A stretch of 64,000 bases of DNA from an uncultured Gammaproteobacteria bacterium (GCA_964355275.1 CAYHCB010000004.1:22615-86614), one strand, 5' to 3'; shown: positions 9,261 to 19,184, counted from the first letter of the stretch. Translations and numbers: made by a program. Notes: generated by a model not told the origin, from the letters alone.

Positions 9261-9920
9261 TTATTCTACTAAAATTTGTCTTAAAATTAAAGCTTCGCCG
9301 CTATATTTCTTTTTAGCCTTTATTACAATATTATTTACGCCTTTTTTTAAATTTATAGAGGTTGAAAAATCTCCGCGACTAGTATTTAAGATAGTTTCAC
9401 CATTAATACTTAGCTCAGCCTCTGGTTCGGTTATACCTTTTATTTTAATAAAATTTTCGGATATTTTAATATTTTTACTGGGCTGATAAACCTCTAAAAA
9501 CGGGGGGAAAATAATTTTTTTAAAATAAAAAGCTAAATAAAGTAAACAGGCTAAAAAAACAGACGCTAGAATTAAATTTTTAATTAATTTAGGAAAAACC
9601 ATAAATTCCTTGCGTCTCACTATTTTTTGTGAAAAAGGATTAATGGTTTCGTTGGTTATTTCTAAATTATCTGCTATCCATTTCTTAGTTTCATTCGCTG
9701 GAAAACCAAGTAAGGCGGCGTAATCTTTTATATAGTTTTTACTATATAGTCCCGCTGGTAAACGATCAAAGCGTCCACCCTCAATAGCCAAAAGGTATTC
9801 TAAACGAATATTTAGACGACGGGCAGCCACCTCAAGATTTATCTGTCTAAGCTCTCTAGCGGCTTTTAATTTAGCGCCTAAACCGTTATCGTTTAAATTT
9901 TTTTTAGTAAATTCGGTCAT
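9261..9920 (-). CDS. RodZ-like HTH-domain membrane protein
   Basis: It has an N-terminal Xre-type HTH (LKAARELRQINLEVAARRLNIRLEYLLAIE), a single TM and an extracellular beta-rich C-terminus. The ATG at 9920 overlaps the upstream stop (TAATG); an alternative start is at 9938. Confidence 0.6.
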   Translation of the reverse strand: MTEFTKKNLNDNGLGAKLKAARELRQINLEVAARRLNIRLEYLLAIEGGRFDRLPAGLYSKNYIKDYAALLGFPANETKKWIADNLEITNETINPFSQKIVRRKEFMVFPKLIKNLILASVFLACLLYLAFYFKKIIFPPFLEVYQPSKNIKISENFIKIKGITEPEAELSINGETILNTSRGDFSTSINLKKGVNNIVIKAKKKYSGEALILRQILVE

Positions 9921-10444
9921 TATTTTGGTTGGCAACATTTATTTGTGGCATCTCCGGGGCAAAGTCCTGTCTTACAGTTTTTTCCACTAGAGACATTCAT
10001 ACAACTATAACCCTGATCACTAAATTGAGCGCAGCCACTTATTTTAATTTCTCCGGTAACAGCATTCCAGCCTACACCGATGCCGCCGAAAAAAAGATTC
10101 ATAATTAATACGCTAGCAAAAGTGATAATCAGGCCAACGATAGCCGCCTTTATAATATCCATTCCTTTTTTTACCTTTTCGGAGCTACCAGCAGAAAGTA
10201 AAAAAGTTATACCACCATAAATAAAAGCTAGTAAAGAGAGGGTCCCCACTAAACTTAAAATAATTTTCATAATGTAGACGGCGTAATTTCCGACGTCGTT
10301 TAGGGTGTAATTACCGCTGGCATAATTACCGCTAGTATCTACAATACTGCTTATAGCTAAGCAGTCGTAAGCGTTGAACAATAAAACAAAACTGACAATT
10401 ACTAGACTTATTTTTAAAGTTTTTAAAATTTTTAGTTTTTTCAT
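9920..10444 (-). CDS. Divergent pilin-like membrane protein with cysteine-rich C-terminal extension (paralog 7)
   Basis: 174 aa with a signal peptide, two TM helices flanking the loop LLSAGSSEKVKKGMD, then a roughly 55-aa tail containing 7 Cys. Confidence 0.6.
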   Translation of the reverse strand: MKKLKILKTLKISLVIVSFVLLFNAYDCLAISSIVDTSGNYASGNYTLNDVGNYAVYIMKIILSLVGTLSLLAFIYGGITFLLSAGSSEKVKKGMDIIKAAIVGLIITFASVLIMNLFFGGIGVGWNAVTGEIKISGCAQFSDQGYSCMNVSSGKNCKTGLCPGDATNKCCQPK

Positions 10445-10458
10445 AATATATTTTTAGA

Positions 10459-11826
10459 CTAATAAACGGTCTGTTGTACTTTCATGGCGCCATCAGTTAA
10501 TACTTCCTGTAATTTATCGGTTACGGTTGGGACTAAATTTATCATTTCAGCAATCGCACTTTCGGCGTCATTTATGCTTTTTCCTTTATACCAACTTTTA
10601 GCACTGAGAATTTGTTCAGCAAAAACTCCTAAATCTTCGTTATCTTTCTGAGAATTTATTAATGTTTTTAAAGCGGTTGGTTTTTTGGTTTTTTCTAAAT
10701 ATATTTTGGCGTTTTCTTCTTTGGTTAAGAATTGAATAAAGTCCCAGGCTTCATTTGGGTTCTTACTTTTTTTAGATACTGATTCAACCCAATAATTAGC
10801 AAAATTTATTTCCATAGAATTACCTTCAATTTGTGGTAATTTTGCTATTCCAAAATTTAGTTTTGGCGCTTGAGCGCGGATTTGTTCTAAATTAAAGGAG
10901 TAACCAAACACCATGGCGAGGTTTCCACTAGTAAAAGCTTCCATGGAATTTGGTAAGTCATTGTTCCAGCAATAAACCTCTTTGGCTGGGTTTGCAAAAT
11001 CAGTATAAAAGCGTAAAGCCTCAAGTCCTGGATTGTAATTATTTGACATATTAGGTGGGGTGGCATGAAAAGTTACCTGATTACCGTTATTCATAATTGC
11101 TCCATTTTGCATCATTAAAACTGATAGAATATCGCTAAAACGACTAATATTTTTAGCAGTTCCTAGCGCGATTCCAGACTGAATTAAACCTTTTTTAGGA
11201 TCTTGTTTGCTCAACTTTTTAACGCTTTGTTGAAATTCTTTATTCCAGTAACGAGGGGCACTAGTTATTCCAGCACTATTTAATAAATCTCGGTTGTAAA
11301 AAAGGGCCAAGGTATCAACCGACAAAGGTAATCCGTATATTTGGCCATCTTCTAAAATAACATCGCTAGAAACCACATCGGCGAAATTATTTTTTAAATC
11401 CCTTATAGATAAACTTTTAACAGTTTGCAGTTGAGGGACCACTTCCTTCTTTATGGTACCAGTTTCAACCATATAAGCCATGGTAATTTCGGCCGGCATC
11501 GGGGTTATTTTTGTTTGGTATTTTTTTATCCAAGTATTATGGATAGCAAAAATATCTGGCCCTCTATCTTCGGCCCAGGCGTTTAACAATTCATTTTCAT
11601 ATTCTTCATAACGTAATTTACGGAACTCAATGGTTATATTTGGATGTATTGCTTGATATTTAGAAATAATAGTATCAAAAGCCTCAGAATCATCAAATGC
11701 TTGCCAGAAGGTTAAAACTATTGGCTTAGTGGCTTCTTGCGTTTGGTTATTAACCGTTTTACAACCAAAACCAGAACTTAGAATAAAAATAAGTAAAAGT
11801 GAAAAAATTATTATTTTTTTTGTCAT
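10459..11826 (-). CDS. ABC transporter extracellular solute-binding protein (sugar-type), putative lipoprotein
   Basis: 455 aa with an N-terminal signal ending GFGC. The length and composition resemble family 1 solute-binding proteins. No permease or ATPase gene is adjacent. Confidence 0.65.
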   Translation of the reverse strand: MTKKIIIFSLLLIFILSSGFGCKTVNNQTQEATKPIVLTFWQAFDDSEAFDTIISKYQAIHPNITIEFRKLRYEEYENELLNAWAEDRGPDIFAIHNTWIKKYQTKITPMPAEITMAYMVETGTIKKEVVPQLQTVKSLSIRDLKNNFADVVSSDVILEDGQIYGLPLSVDTLALFYNRDLLNSAGITSAPRYWNKEFQQSVKKLSKQDPKKGLIQSGIALGTAKNISRFSDILSVLMMQNGAIMNNGNQVTFHATPPNMSNNYNPGLEALRFYTDFANPAKEVYCWNNDLPNSMEAFTSGNLAMVFGYSFNLEQIRAQAPKLNFGIAKLPQIEGNSMEINFANYWVESVSKKSKNPNEAWDFIQFLTKEENAKIYLEKTKKPTALKTLINSQKDNEDLGVFAEQILSAKSWYKGKSINDAESAIAEMINLVPTVTDKLQEVLTDGAMKVQQTVY

Positions 11827-11959
11827 AATATTTAAAATCCTGTTACTTATTTTGTTAAACAGGAAAGTTATAAAGTATTTTTATTATACCAAAAATACCT
11901 TAAAAAATAAAATAAAAACCCGCCAAGATCAGCGGGCCTTTAAAGATCGAAAAATTTGT

Positions 11960-14900
11960 TTAAGATAAATCCTGTCTATTTTCTATTTCTTCTAGTTTTA
12001 CACTTAGCAATTTACTAACACCATCAGATTGCATAGTAACGCCATAAAGAATATTAGCTCTTTTCATTGAAGCTCTGTTATGGGTAATTACAATAAATTG
12101 AGTTTTATTAGATAAATCATCTAAAATTTGAGCCAATCTCTCTGAATTAGCTTCATCTAGGGCGGCATCAACTTCATCTAAAACCACAAATGGTGATGGG
12201 TTGGCACTAATAATAGCACAAATAAGAGCAATGGCGGTTAGAGCTCTTTCTCCTCCAGATAACATAGAGATTGTTTGTATTTTTTTACCCGGTGGGGTGG
12301 CCTGGATTTCGATTCCAGCAACACCCAAAGCATTCCTTTTCTTCAGGAGTTTAACTCTTTTTAAGCTATCACTACTGGGGTTTAACTCTATAACATCCGG
12401 GTTTCCCGGTAATTGCAAATTTTTTTCTTCTTCATTTAATTTAAATATTTTTGCGCTACCGCCATTAAATAAAATTTTAAAATATTCACTAAATTTTTCT
12501 GAAATAATTTTAAATTCATGGTCAAAACGATCTTTAATATTAAGATCAAGTTCTGAAATAATTTTTTCTAGTGATTTAACCGCATTATTTAAATCATTCG
12601 TTTGGTTACTCAAAAAATTGAATCGTTCTTTTGTTTCGTTAAATTCTTTTTCAGTTTCTGGGTCAATACCGCCAATTAATTCTAGTTGATTTTTGCAATC
12701 CGTTAATCTTTTATGCCATTTAGTTATATCAACCACATCCTCAGTTATTTTGTGAGCCTTTATTTCGTTTAAATTTAACTCATCATTTCTTATATTATTT
12801 TCTAAATCTTCTAACTTAGTTTCTTGTCTGGTTGCTTCAATTTTTAAATCACTAAGTTCCGCTGAAAGAGAGTTTATTTCTTGTTGCAATTCTTGAAGAC
12901 GATGTTGAATTTCAAAAGTTTGAGACTTTTCTTTTTCTTTCGCGTAATTAAGTTCATTTATTTTTTCTTCTAAATTTTTTATTTTAGAATCAACGTTTTT
13001 TAAAAGAATGGTTATTCTATTTTTTTCTGTTTCTATAGCACTTACGTCGATTTTAATTTGGCTTTTAGCCAATTTAATTTTTATCTCAGATATTTCTTTG
13101 ATAGTTTGATCTTTCTTTTCCTGAAGTAATTTTAAACGCTCCTTAGTAGATGATATTTTTAAACGATGCTCATTTAATTTATCTAAAGTGGTCTGTTTTT
13201 TCTCTTTTAATTCACGAGTCTGGCTCTTAGTCCACAAAACTTTTACCTCCTCTTCAAGTAATTTTATTATTTTTAATAAATCTGTTTTTTCATTTTCTAT
13301 TTGGCTGGCATCAAATTTTATTTGGCTTTTATCCAGTTTAATTTTTAACTCAGCAATCTCTTTTTCACTCTGTCTTTTTTTATCTTCCAGTAATTTTAAT
13401 CTTTCGTTTATAGACGACAATCTAAGAAGTTCACTGCTTAGTTCATTATTTAAATTTTGACGATCTTCACTTTTACTAATAATTTCATCTTGAATTTCTT
13501 TGATTCGATTTAATTTATCGGCGTTTTCGTCGGCTAAATACTCTCTTATTTGATCTTGAAAAGTATTCTTAGCCTCTTCAATCATTTTTTTTACTTTTTC
13601 TAGATCAGCTTCTTTTTTTATAGATTCCAGACAACCTAAAAATTCTTCTATAATGCGACTTATTTCTTCGCGGTTATTTTTTGTATTGCCGGGTTTTTTT
13701 AATTCATTTTTAATAGCTTCAAGTTCGCGACTCAAAAGACTTACCTGATTAAAAATATCACTTAGTTTGTTTCGCAAAGAAATTTCTTTTTCGTGGTTAT
13801 TTTCTTGTTGTAATTTTTCTATTTCTAAATTTAAATTAGTTAGTTCGGTTCCTAATTCTTCGTGTTTATTACTAAGCCAAGATACGTCGAATTGACCTTG
13901 AGCCTCTAGATTAGCCTCTAAAGTGGCTTCTAATTTATTTATTTGTTTAAGATACTCGCCAACAGTTAACTCTTTTTTTTCAATTTCATGGCGAACGGCG
14001 TAAGCTTTATTTATTTCTTTTTCTAAGTCAGTAAGCTCTTCTTGATATATTTTTTCGTTTTGATTATTTTGATTGTAGTCTAAATTAGAAATTTCACTTT
14101 CTATTTTTTCTAAATCAGAAGTTAATTCATTATTTTTATTATTAAGCCAAGAAATATCAAATTGCCCTTGGGATTCAAATTGCACTTCTAATTCGGCTTG
14201 TAATTTAGCAAGCTGCCTGAGTAATTGATTCTTTTCTATCTCTAATTCCTTAAGTTGTGGTTGCAGAGAATTTATTTCTTGAAAATTATTAGTTGTTCTG
14301 ATTTGGTTTAATTCTTCACTTAATTTGGCTAACTTATTATCCCTATCTATTTTTATCTTTTCTAAGTCTAAAAACTTTTTATTAACAGTTTCTAACTTTG
14401 TATTAGATTCCTGGTATAAAAAATTGTAATAATTAAATTGGTTACTCGTTAAATCGCTTTCTATTTCGCTCCGGCGTTTTAATTTTTCCACCTGACGAGT
14501 GAGACTTTTAAGTCGAGGACGTATTTCTGTTAGTAGCATTTCCACTTGTTGTAAATTCTCATAACTACCCTCTAACTTATTTAAAGAAGAATCTCTTTTT
14601 ATTTGAAATTGTTTAACTCCGGTAGCTTCGTCAAAAAAATCTTTACGCTCCGAGGCGTTAGTATTTAAAAAATTCTCAACCATGCCCTGTCCGATAACAC
14701 TGTATGTTTTTTGTCCGACACTTGCTTTAGCAAGGAGCATTTGAATGTCGGCTAAACGAACTCTTTTATTATTAATTAAATACTCGCTATCTCCACTGCG
14801 ATAAATACGGCGGGTGATTATAATTTCATCAGCATTTAAAAATTCACGAATTTTATCAAAATCTAATTCCTCTTGAATCTCCCCGTTATCCGGTTTCAGA

Positions 14901-15211
14901 TCATCAAAAAAACGTAAAGATTCTTTATCCTGATTATTTAATATTAATGATACCTCAGCCAAGCTTAATTGATTTTTTTTGTCTGATCCAGAAAAAATAA
15001 CATCTTCACTTTTTTTACCACGGAGTGTTTTAAGACTTTGTTCGCCTAAAACCCAGCGAATAGCATCAGCGATATTTGATTTACCTGATCCATTTGGGCC
15101 AACTATAGAAGTTAAACCTCTTTTTCCGCCAGCGATTAAGCCAGGAAAAACAAGTTTATTTTTATCAGCGAAGGATTTAAATCCTTGAATTTCTAATTTT
15201 TCTAAATACAT
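11960..15211 (-). CDS. smc: SMC-family chromosome segregation ATPase (atypical, hinge not recognisable)
   Basis: 1083 aa. Walker A is GPNGSGKSN, the signature is [13 protein letters not shown] and Walker B is [12 protein letters not shown]. The arms are long heptad-rich coiled coils. Confidence 0.85.
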   Translation of the reverse strand: MYLEKLEIQGFKSFADKNKLVFPGLIAGGKRGLTSIVGPNGSGKSNIADAIRWVLGEQSLKTLRGKKSEDVIFSGSDKKNQLSLAEVSLILNNQDKESLRFFDDLKPDNGEIQEELDFDKIREFLNADEIIITRRIYRSGDSEYLINNKRVRLADIQMLLAKASVGQKTYSVIGQGMVENFLNTNASERKDFFDEATGVKQFQIKRDSSLNKLEGSYENLQQVEMLLTEIRPRLKSLTRQVEKLKRRSEIESDLTSNQFNYYNFLYQESNTKLETVNKKFLDLEKIKIDRDNKLAKLSEELNQIRTTNNFQEINSLQPQLKELEIEKNQLLRQLAKLQAELEVQFESQGQFDISWLNNKNNELTSDLEKIESEISNLDYNQNNQNEKIYQEELTDLEKEINKAYAVRHEIEKKELTVGEYLKQINKLEATLEANLEAQGQFDVSWLSNKHEELGTELTNLNLEIEKLQQENNHEKEISLRNKLSDIFNQVSLLSRELEAIKNELKKPGNTKNNREEISRIIEEFLGCLESIKKEADLEKVKKMIEEAKNTFQDQIREYLADENADKLNRIKEIQDEIISKSEDRQNLNNELSSELLRLSSINERLKLLEDKKRQSEKEIAELKIKLDKSQIKFDASQIENEKTDLLKIIKLLEEEVKVLWTKSQTRELKEKKQTTLDKLNEHRLKISSTKERLKLLQEKKDQTIKEISEIKIKLAKSQIKIDVSAIETEKNRITILLKNVDSKIKNLEEKINELNYAKEKEKSQTFEIQHRLQELQQEINSLSAELSDLKIEATRQETKLEDLENNIRNDELNLNEIKAHKITEDVVDITKWHKRLTDCKNQLELIGGIDPETEKEFNETKERFNFLSNQTNDLNNAVKSLEKIISELDLNIKDRFDHEFKIISEKFSEYFKILFNGGSAKIFKLNEEEKNLQLPGNPDVIELNPSSDSLKRVKLLKKRNALGVAGIEIQATPPGKKIQTISMLSGGERALTAIALICAIISANPSPFVVLDEVDAALDEANSERLAQILDDLSNKTQFIVITHNRASMKRANILYGVTMQSDGVSKLLSVKLEEIENRQDLS
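13013..13414 (-). repeat. Intragenic duplication in the SMC C-terminal arm (about 88-aa period)
   Basis: [43 protein letters not shown] (aa ~601) matches [43 protein letters not shown] (aa ~689). The similarity is also visible at DNA level. Confidence 0.8.
13802..14209 (-). repeat. Intragenic duplication in the SMC N-terminal arm (90-aa period)
   Basis: [30 protein letters not shown] (aa ~335) matches [30 protein letters not shown] (aa ~425). Confidence 0.8.
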
Positions 15212-15308
15212 AAATAAAATAAATCTAGAGTCGTAAAGCGTTGCACTTTTGCAAACATTGCTTTATGATAACTATATAATAAACTGTTATCACCTAAAAG
15301 ACAATGGA

Positions 15309-15884
15309 ATGATTATTTCTATCGGTGGCAATCATGGTTCAGGTAAAAGTATGCTAGCTAAAAGATTAGCAACAACTTTGGGTTGGCCTCGTTATTATAT
15401 GGGTGGCTTGCGTCGCGAAGCCGCGACCAAAAGAGGCCTTACTTTAGCAGAGTACAATAAATTAGGCGAAGATGATCCTAGTACTGATTTAGAGGTTGAT
15501 GAATATCAAAAAAAGTTAGGAGAAACTGAGGATAATTTTATAATTGAAGGCAGAACTTCTTGGCATTTTATACCAAAATCACTGAAACTTTATTTAGATG
15601 TTAGCGATGAAGAGGGGGCTAAACGCATTTTTTTAGCTAATAGATTAGGTGAAGACAAATCAATGGAAACCTTAGAGGATGTTCTTAGAAGCGTAAAAAC
15701 ACGTAAAACTAGCGATAAAAAGAGATATTTAAAATTTTTTAATATCGATACTTATGATTTAAAAAATTATGATCATATCATCGACACTACAAATATTAGC
15801 CCCGAAGAAGTTTTTAATCAGGCCTATTTAGTGATTAAGGAGGCTTTAGCTAAGGAATTGACCATTGACAAGCCAAGAATTTAA
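15309..15884 (+). CDS. Cytidylate kinase-like (AAA/P-loop NMP kinase) protein
   Basis: P-loop IGGNHGSGKS directly after the ATG at 15309. The track ORF starts at an upstream TTG (15249), which adds a non-homologous leader. Confidence 0.65.
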   Translation: MIISIGGNHGSGKSMLAKRLATTLGWPRYYMGGLRREAATKRGLTLAEYNKLGEDDPSTDLEVDEYQKKLGETEDNFIIEGRTSWHFIPKSLKLYLDVSDEEGAKRIFLANRLGEDKSMETLEDVLRSVKTRKTSDKKRYLKFFNIDTYDLKNYDHIIDTTNISPEEVFNQAYLVIKEALAKELTIDKPRI

Positions 15885-15948
15885 TTATAATATTAAACAA
15901 GAATAAAAATATTTTATTAAGCAGTAACGGGATTGAAAAATCTCGTTT

Positions 15949-16326
15949 ATGAAATTTTATACTAATATGGCCGAAAAAAAAGCTACTCTGGCCGAAGAGG
16001 TTACAGACAAGGATATGGAACTCAAGCCTGGTCTAACCGTCAGAGTTTATCAAAAGATTAAAGAATTGAATTCCAAGGGCGAAGAAAAGGAGCGAATCCA
16101 GTATTTTGAAGGTATGATTATCGCTAGAAAACACAATAAAGAAATTGGATCAACTATTACTGTTCGTAAAGTTTCCGATGGTATTGGTGTAGAAAAAATA
16201 TTTCCTTTAAATTTACCTACTATTACTAAAGTTGAGGTTAAGAAAAAAGCTGAAGTAAAAAGAGCTAAACTTACCTTCTTAAAGAAAGGTTACAAGAAAA
16301 GACTTAAAGAAACGGTTGTCCGCTAG
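15949..16326 (+). CDS. rplS: 50S ribosomal protein L19
   Basis: KERIQYFEGMIIARKH...TVRKVSDGIGVEKIFPL is the bL19 core. An alternative start is at 15967 (MAEKK). Confidence 0.9.
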   Translation: MKFYTNMAEKKATLAEEVTDKDMELKPGLTVRVYQKIKELNSKGEEKERIQYFEGMIIARKHNKEIGSTITVRKVSDGIGVEKIFPLNLPTITKVEVKKKAEVKRAKLTFLKKGYKKRLKETVVR

Positions 16327-16363
16327 ATTTATTTTAAAAATCTATAAGTTTTGCGGATTTTTG

Positions 16364-16450
16364 GGCGAATGGTGAAATTGGTAGACACGCAAGCTTGAGG
16401 GGCTTGTGGCCGCAAGGCTGTGGAGGTTCAAATCCTCTTTCGCCCACCAC
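16364..16450 (+). tRNA. tRNA-Leu (anticodon GAG), CCA encoded
   Basis: Acceptor GGGCGAA/TTCGCCC, anticodon loop TTGAGGG, long variable arm, T-loop TTCAAAT. Confidence 0.9.
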
Positions 16451-16482
16451 AAGCTTAAAAATGGCAGTCATCTGCCTTAAAG

Positions 16483-16555
16483 GGCGCATAGCTCAGCTGG
16501 TTAGAGCACTTCGTTTACACCGAAGGGGTCCAGGGTTCGAATCCTTGTGCGCCCA
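16483..16555 (+). tRNA. tRNA-Val (anticodon TAC)
   Basis: Acceptor GGGCGCA/TGCGCCC, anticodon loop TTTACAC, T-loop TTCGAAT. It is followed by the hairpin AAACCCAC/GTGGGTTT. Confidence 0.9.
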
Positions 16556-16672
16556 CATAACAATAAAACCCACTGTAAGGTGGGTTTTATTATTATACAA
16601 GGATGAGAAGTTTATGCCCCGGAACTTTAGCGTAGGGGTAAATCCTTGTGCGCCCACATAACAATAAAACCC
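16540..16672 (+). repeat. 32-bp perfect direct repeat (16540-16571 and 16641-16672)
   Basis: AATCCTTGTGCGCCCACATAACAATAAAACCC occurs twice, 101 bp apart. It spans the last 16 nt of tRNA-Val plus 16 nt of flank. Confidence 0.9.
16634..16656 (+). pseudogene. Truncated tRNA-Val 3' fragment
   Basis: AGGGGTA-AATCCTTGTGCGCCCA matches the variable loop and 3' end of the upstream tRNA-Val but lacks most of the T-arm. Confidence 0.7.
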
Positions 16673-16791
16673 CAAAAATGGATTTTTTTTACCAACAAAT
16701 AGAGGAATTCGAAGTTTAGGCTTAAATGGGTAAAAATATGGGTAGCTATCTTTACAGTATGTGATTTTAAATTTACAATTAGAGGTATTCT

Positions 16792-17208
16792 ATGATAAAA
16801 GAGAAAAAAACAAAAAATCCAGAAGAGACATTTTCTTTAGGGAAAGAATTGGGTCAAAATTGCCAAGGAGGCGAAACTTTTTTATTGTTAGGCTCTTTAG
16901 GTGCCGGAAAAACTTGTTTAACTCAAGGAATAGCAAAAGGATTAGGCGTACGAGTTAAAGTAAATAGTCCGACATTTAATATAATGAAAATCTATAAAAT
17001 AAAAATAGGTATTTTATGTCACATTGACGCTTATCGTTTAAATTCAGGACAAGACTTAGAAATGATCGGGCTTAGTGATTATTTAGGTAAAAAGGATACT
17101 GTGGTAGTAATTGAGTGGGCAGAAAAAGTAAAAAGTATTTGGCCAAAAAATAAAATAAAAATAAAACTAAAAACCATTAAAGATGGCAGAGAGATAAAAA
17201 TATTTTAA
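16792..17208 (+). CDS. tsaE: tRNA t6A37 biosynthesis ATPase TsaE
   Basis: 138 aa with GSLGAGKTCLTQGIAKGLG, SPTFNIMKIY and HIDAYRL motifs. Confidence 0.85.
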   Translation: MIKEKKTKNPEETFSLGKELGQNCQGGETFLLLGSLGAGKTCLTQGIAKGLGVRVKVNSPTFNIMKIYKIKIGILCHIDAYRLNSGQDLEMIGLSDYLGKKDTVVVIEWAEKVKSIWPKNKIKIKLKTIKDGREIKIF

Positions 17209-17231
17209 AAAATAACTTCCTTTAATCGGAG

Positions 17232-17699
17232 TTATTTTTTTGTTTTAAGAAGGTAAATAATTAAAATAAAAACATTTACACTAATTAAAAAGTCAGCTAA
17301 GTTAAAAACAGTAAACCATTTTAAATCTAAATAATCAATAACATAGTTATATTTTAGGCGGTCTATTAGGTTACTAAGAGAGCCTAGGATGATGCCAAAA
17401 TAAGAAATAATTTCTAAGCGGCTTAATTTTTTTATATTTATTAGTAAGTAGAGAAAAATAGCTGAAAGAATAATCGTTATAAAAATTTTTAACCAGTCAC
17501 CGCTAAGTGGCAAGGAAAAGGCAATTTTGTAATTAGGTACGAAATTAAAGGTTAAAATATTTTTAATTATATCATGTTGGTTGTTTGGCCAAAAAGTAAT
17601 AGCTAAAAATTTTAAATAACGATCAAATAAAAAAAACATAGCCATAGTAATTAGCCAGGCTATGTGTTTAAAAGAAAGTTTAAAAGTATTATTATTCAT
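17232..17699 (-). CDS. lspA: Lipoprotein signal peptidase II
   Basis: 155 aa with 4 TM segments and NLIDR...DYL...FNLADFLISV motifs. Confidence 0.85.
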   Translation of the reverse strand: MNNNTFKLSFKHIAWLITMAMFFLFDRYLKFLAITFWPNNQHDIIKNILTFNFVPNYKIAFSLPLSGDWLKIFITIILSAIFLYLLINIKKLSRLEIISYFGIILGSLSNLIDRLKYNYVIDYLDLKWFTVFNLADFLISVNVFILIIYLLKTKK

Positions 17700-18075
17700 T
17701 TTCCTGTAACTCCGTTTTGCAGGCTATGCATGAGCTGGCGACGGGGCGAGCGATTAATCTTTTTTGGTTAATTGGTTTTTTACAATATTTACAAATACCA
17801 TAAGTACCGCTACTGATTCTTTCTAAGGCACCATCAATATCCTCAAGAGTTTTTTCTAAAACTTTTTCAGTCAGCAGGTTGGTGGTGTAATCATTAATTT
17901 CTTGAGCGTTTTCGTCTGGTTTATCACCATATTCCGGAAATTTGGCACCAAGATTATCAGAGTCGTGGCTATCTTGTTTAGCTACTTCAGTGAGTTCGTT
18001 TAATAGCTGTTCTTTTCTTGTAAGAAGCTCAGTTTTTATCTTTAAAATAGCCTCTTTCGTTAGTTCTTTTTCCAT
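17692..18075 (-). CDS. DksA/TraR-family C4 zinc-finger protein
   Basis: 127 aa with an N-terminal coiled coil and C-terminal CKYC...CIAC. Confidence 0.75.
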   Translation of the reverse strand: MEKELTKEAILKIKTELLTRKEQLLNELTEVAKQDSHDSDNLGAKFPEYGDKPDENAQEINDYTTNLLTEKVLEKTLEDIDGALERISSGTYGICKYCKKPINQKRLIARPVASSCIACKTELQENE

Positions 18076-18166
18076 ACTTTTAGTGTTAATTTCGGGTAAA
18101 AAATTAATCCGCCGGTTGGCGGAAAATCTGTTTCATTTGCTATAATTATAAGATAAAAAAAGATGT

Positions 18167-18195
18167 TTGACAAGATATAAGGCCTTTGCTATTAT
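18167..18195 (+). promoter_or_regulatory. Sigma70-like promoter upstream of tRNA-Asp
   Basis: TTGACA, a 17-nt spacer, then TATTAT. Confidence 0.55.
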
Positions 18196-18244
18196 TTGCT
18201 TGTTGAATCAAGTAAAATTGATTAATTTTTTAAAAATACACTAT

Positions 18245-18321
18245 GGAGTGGTAGCTCAGTTGGTTAGAGCGCCTGCCTGTCACGCAGGAGGTCGCGGGTT
18301 CGAGTCCCGTCCATTCCGCCA
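18245..18321 (+). tRNA. tRNA-Asp (anticodon GTC), CCA encoded
   Basis: Acceptor GGAGTGG/CCATTCC, anticodon loop CTGTCAC, T-loop TTCGAGT. Confidence 0.9.
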
Positions 18322-18374
18322 AGATAAAAGACCTAAGTAAAATTAGGTCTTTTTATATAAACTATTAATAAAAA

Positions 18375-19184
18375 TTAGCTGCCAATTTGTATTTCTTGGC
18401 AATAAGAGTCTAGTCTTTTCTGACTGTCAATTAACGGTTTAAGAGACACCTCTTCAACTAGATTTTCTTTCTCGTTATAGCCAAAAGGGTTGTCTAAATC
18501 TTTTATAAAATAAATCATATAAATTAAAATAAAACTAACAAAAGAAATAAAAAATATGCTTTCATAAAATGGATCCATTTTTATAAATATTAAACCGAGC
18601 ACTAAAATTAAAGTAATTATTTCTGCAATGGCATATCCGGTTCCTAAAAATGAGGTCTCTCTGATTGTGTGTACTCGATTAATCATTCTTCTAATAGAAT
18701 TTTGCTCTTGTTTTAGTCTGACAATAAAATTAGCCTGAGTTTGGCTTTCAAAATTTAAAAAGTCATCATTAAAAGATTTTAATTTTTCCATTAGAATATT
18801 AGTTCTCTCTTTCTTGTAGAACCAATCAATCAATATTTTATTAAATTGTGATAATTTAAGTAAAAAATTTTTAGCTTCAGCACTCTTTTTATTTTTATAA
18901 ATAATTAAACCTTCGTCGGCCATAGTTTCTAGGCTAGAAGACAAATCGCCTGGCAATTTTTCGCTTTCCTTGTAATCGACTAAAGTTCCTGAAATTAAAA
19001 AACCAATTAAAAAAATATTAGCTGATATAATCGCGGTAAACAATGAATTTAAAGTTAAAAATTCATAATTTAAATAATGAGCTGTAAATTTTAATAAAAT
19101 AATTATAACTATAAAAGGTATAGTTTTTAAAGCTAATTTCCAGCGTGAGTTAATTGGCAATTTAATCATTATTTTTTTTAACAT
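18375..19184 (-). CDS. Hypothetical membrane protein (2+2 TM with a central soluble helical region)
   Basis: 269 aa. The topology is reminiscent of the bestrophin/DUF4239 type, but I see no diagnostic motif. Confidence 0.45.
   Translation of the reverse strand: MLKKIMIKLPINSRWKLALKTIPFIVIIILLKFTAHYLNYEFLTLNSLFTAIISANIFLIGFLISGTLVDYKESEKLPGDLSSSLETMADEGLIIYKNKKSAEAKNFLLKLSQFNKILIDWFYKKERTNILMEKLKSFNDDFLNFESQTQANFIVRLKQEQNSIRRMINRVHTIRETSFLGTGYAIAEIITLILVLGLIFIKMDPFYESIFFISFVSFILIYMIYFIKDLDNPFGYNEKENLVEEVSLKPLIDSQKRLDSYCQEIQIGS

Noticed and set aside
16395-16675. ORFs 16395-16661 (+) and 16493-16675 (-), and similarly 19663-19914 (+) and 63491-63760 (+).
   Set aside because: They are built from tRNA gene sequence (tRNA-Leu/Val, tRNA-Ser, tRNA-Pro) and intergenic spacer. 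The GC-rich tRNA stretches merely happen to lack stops.
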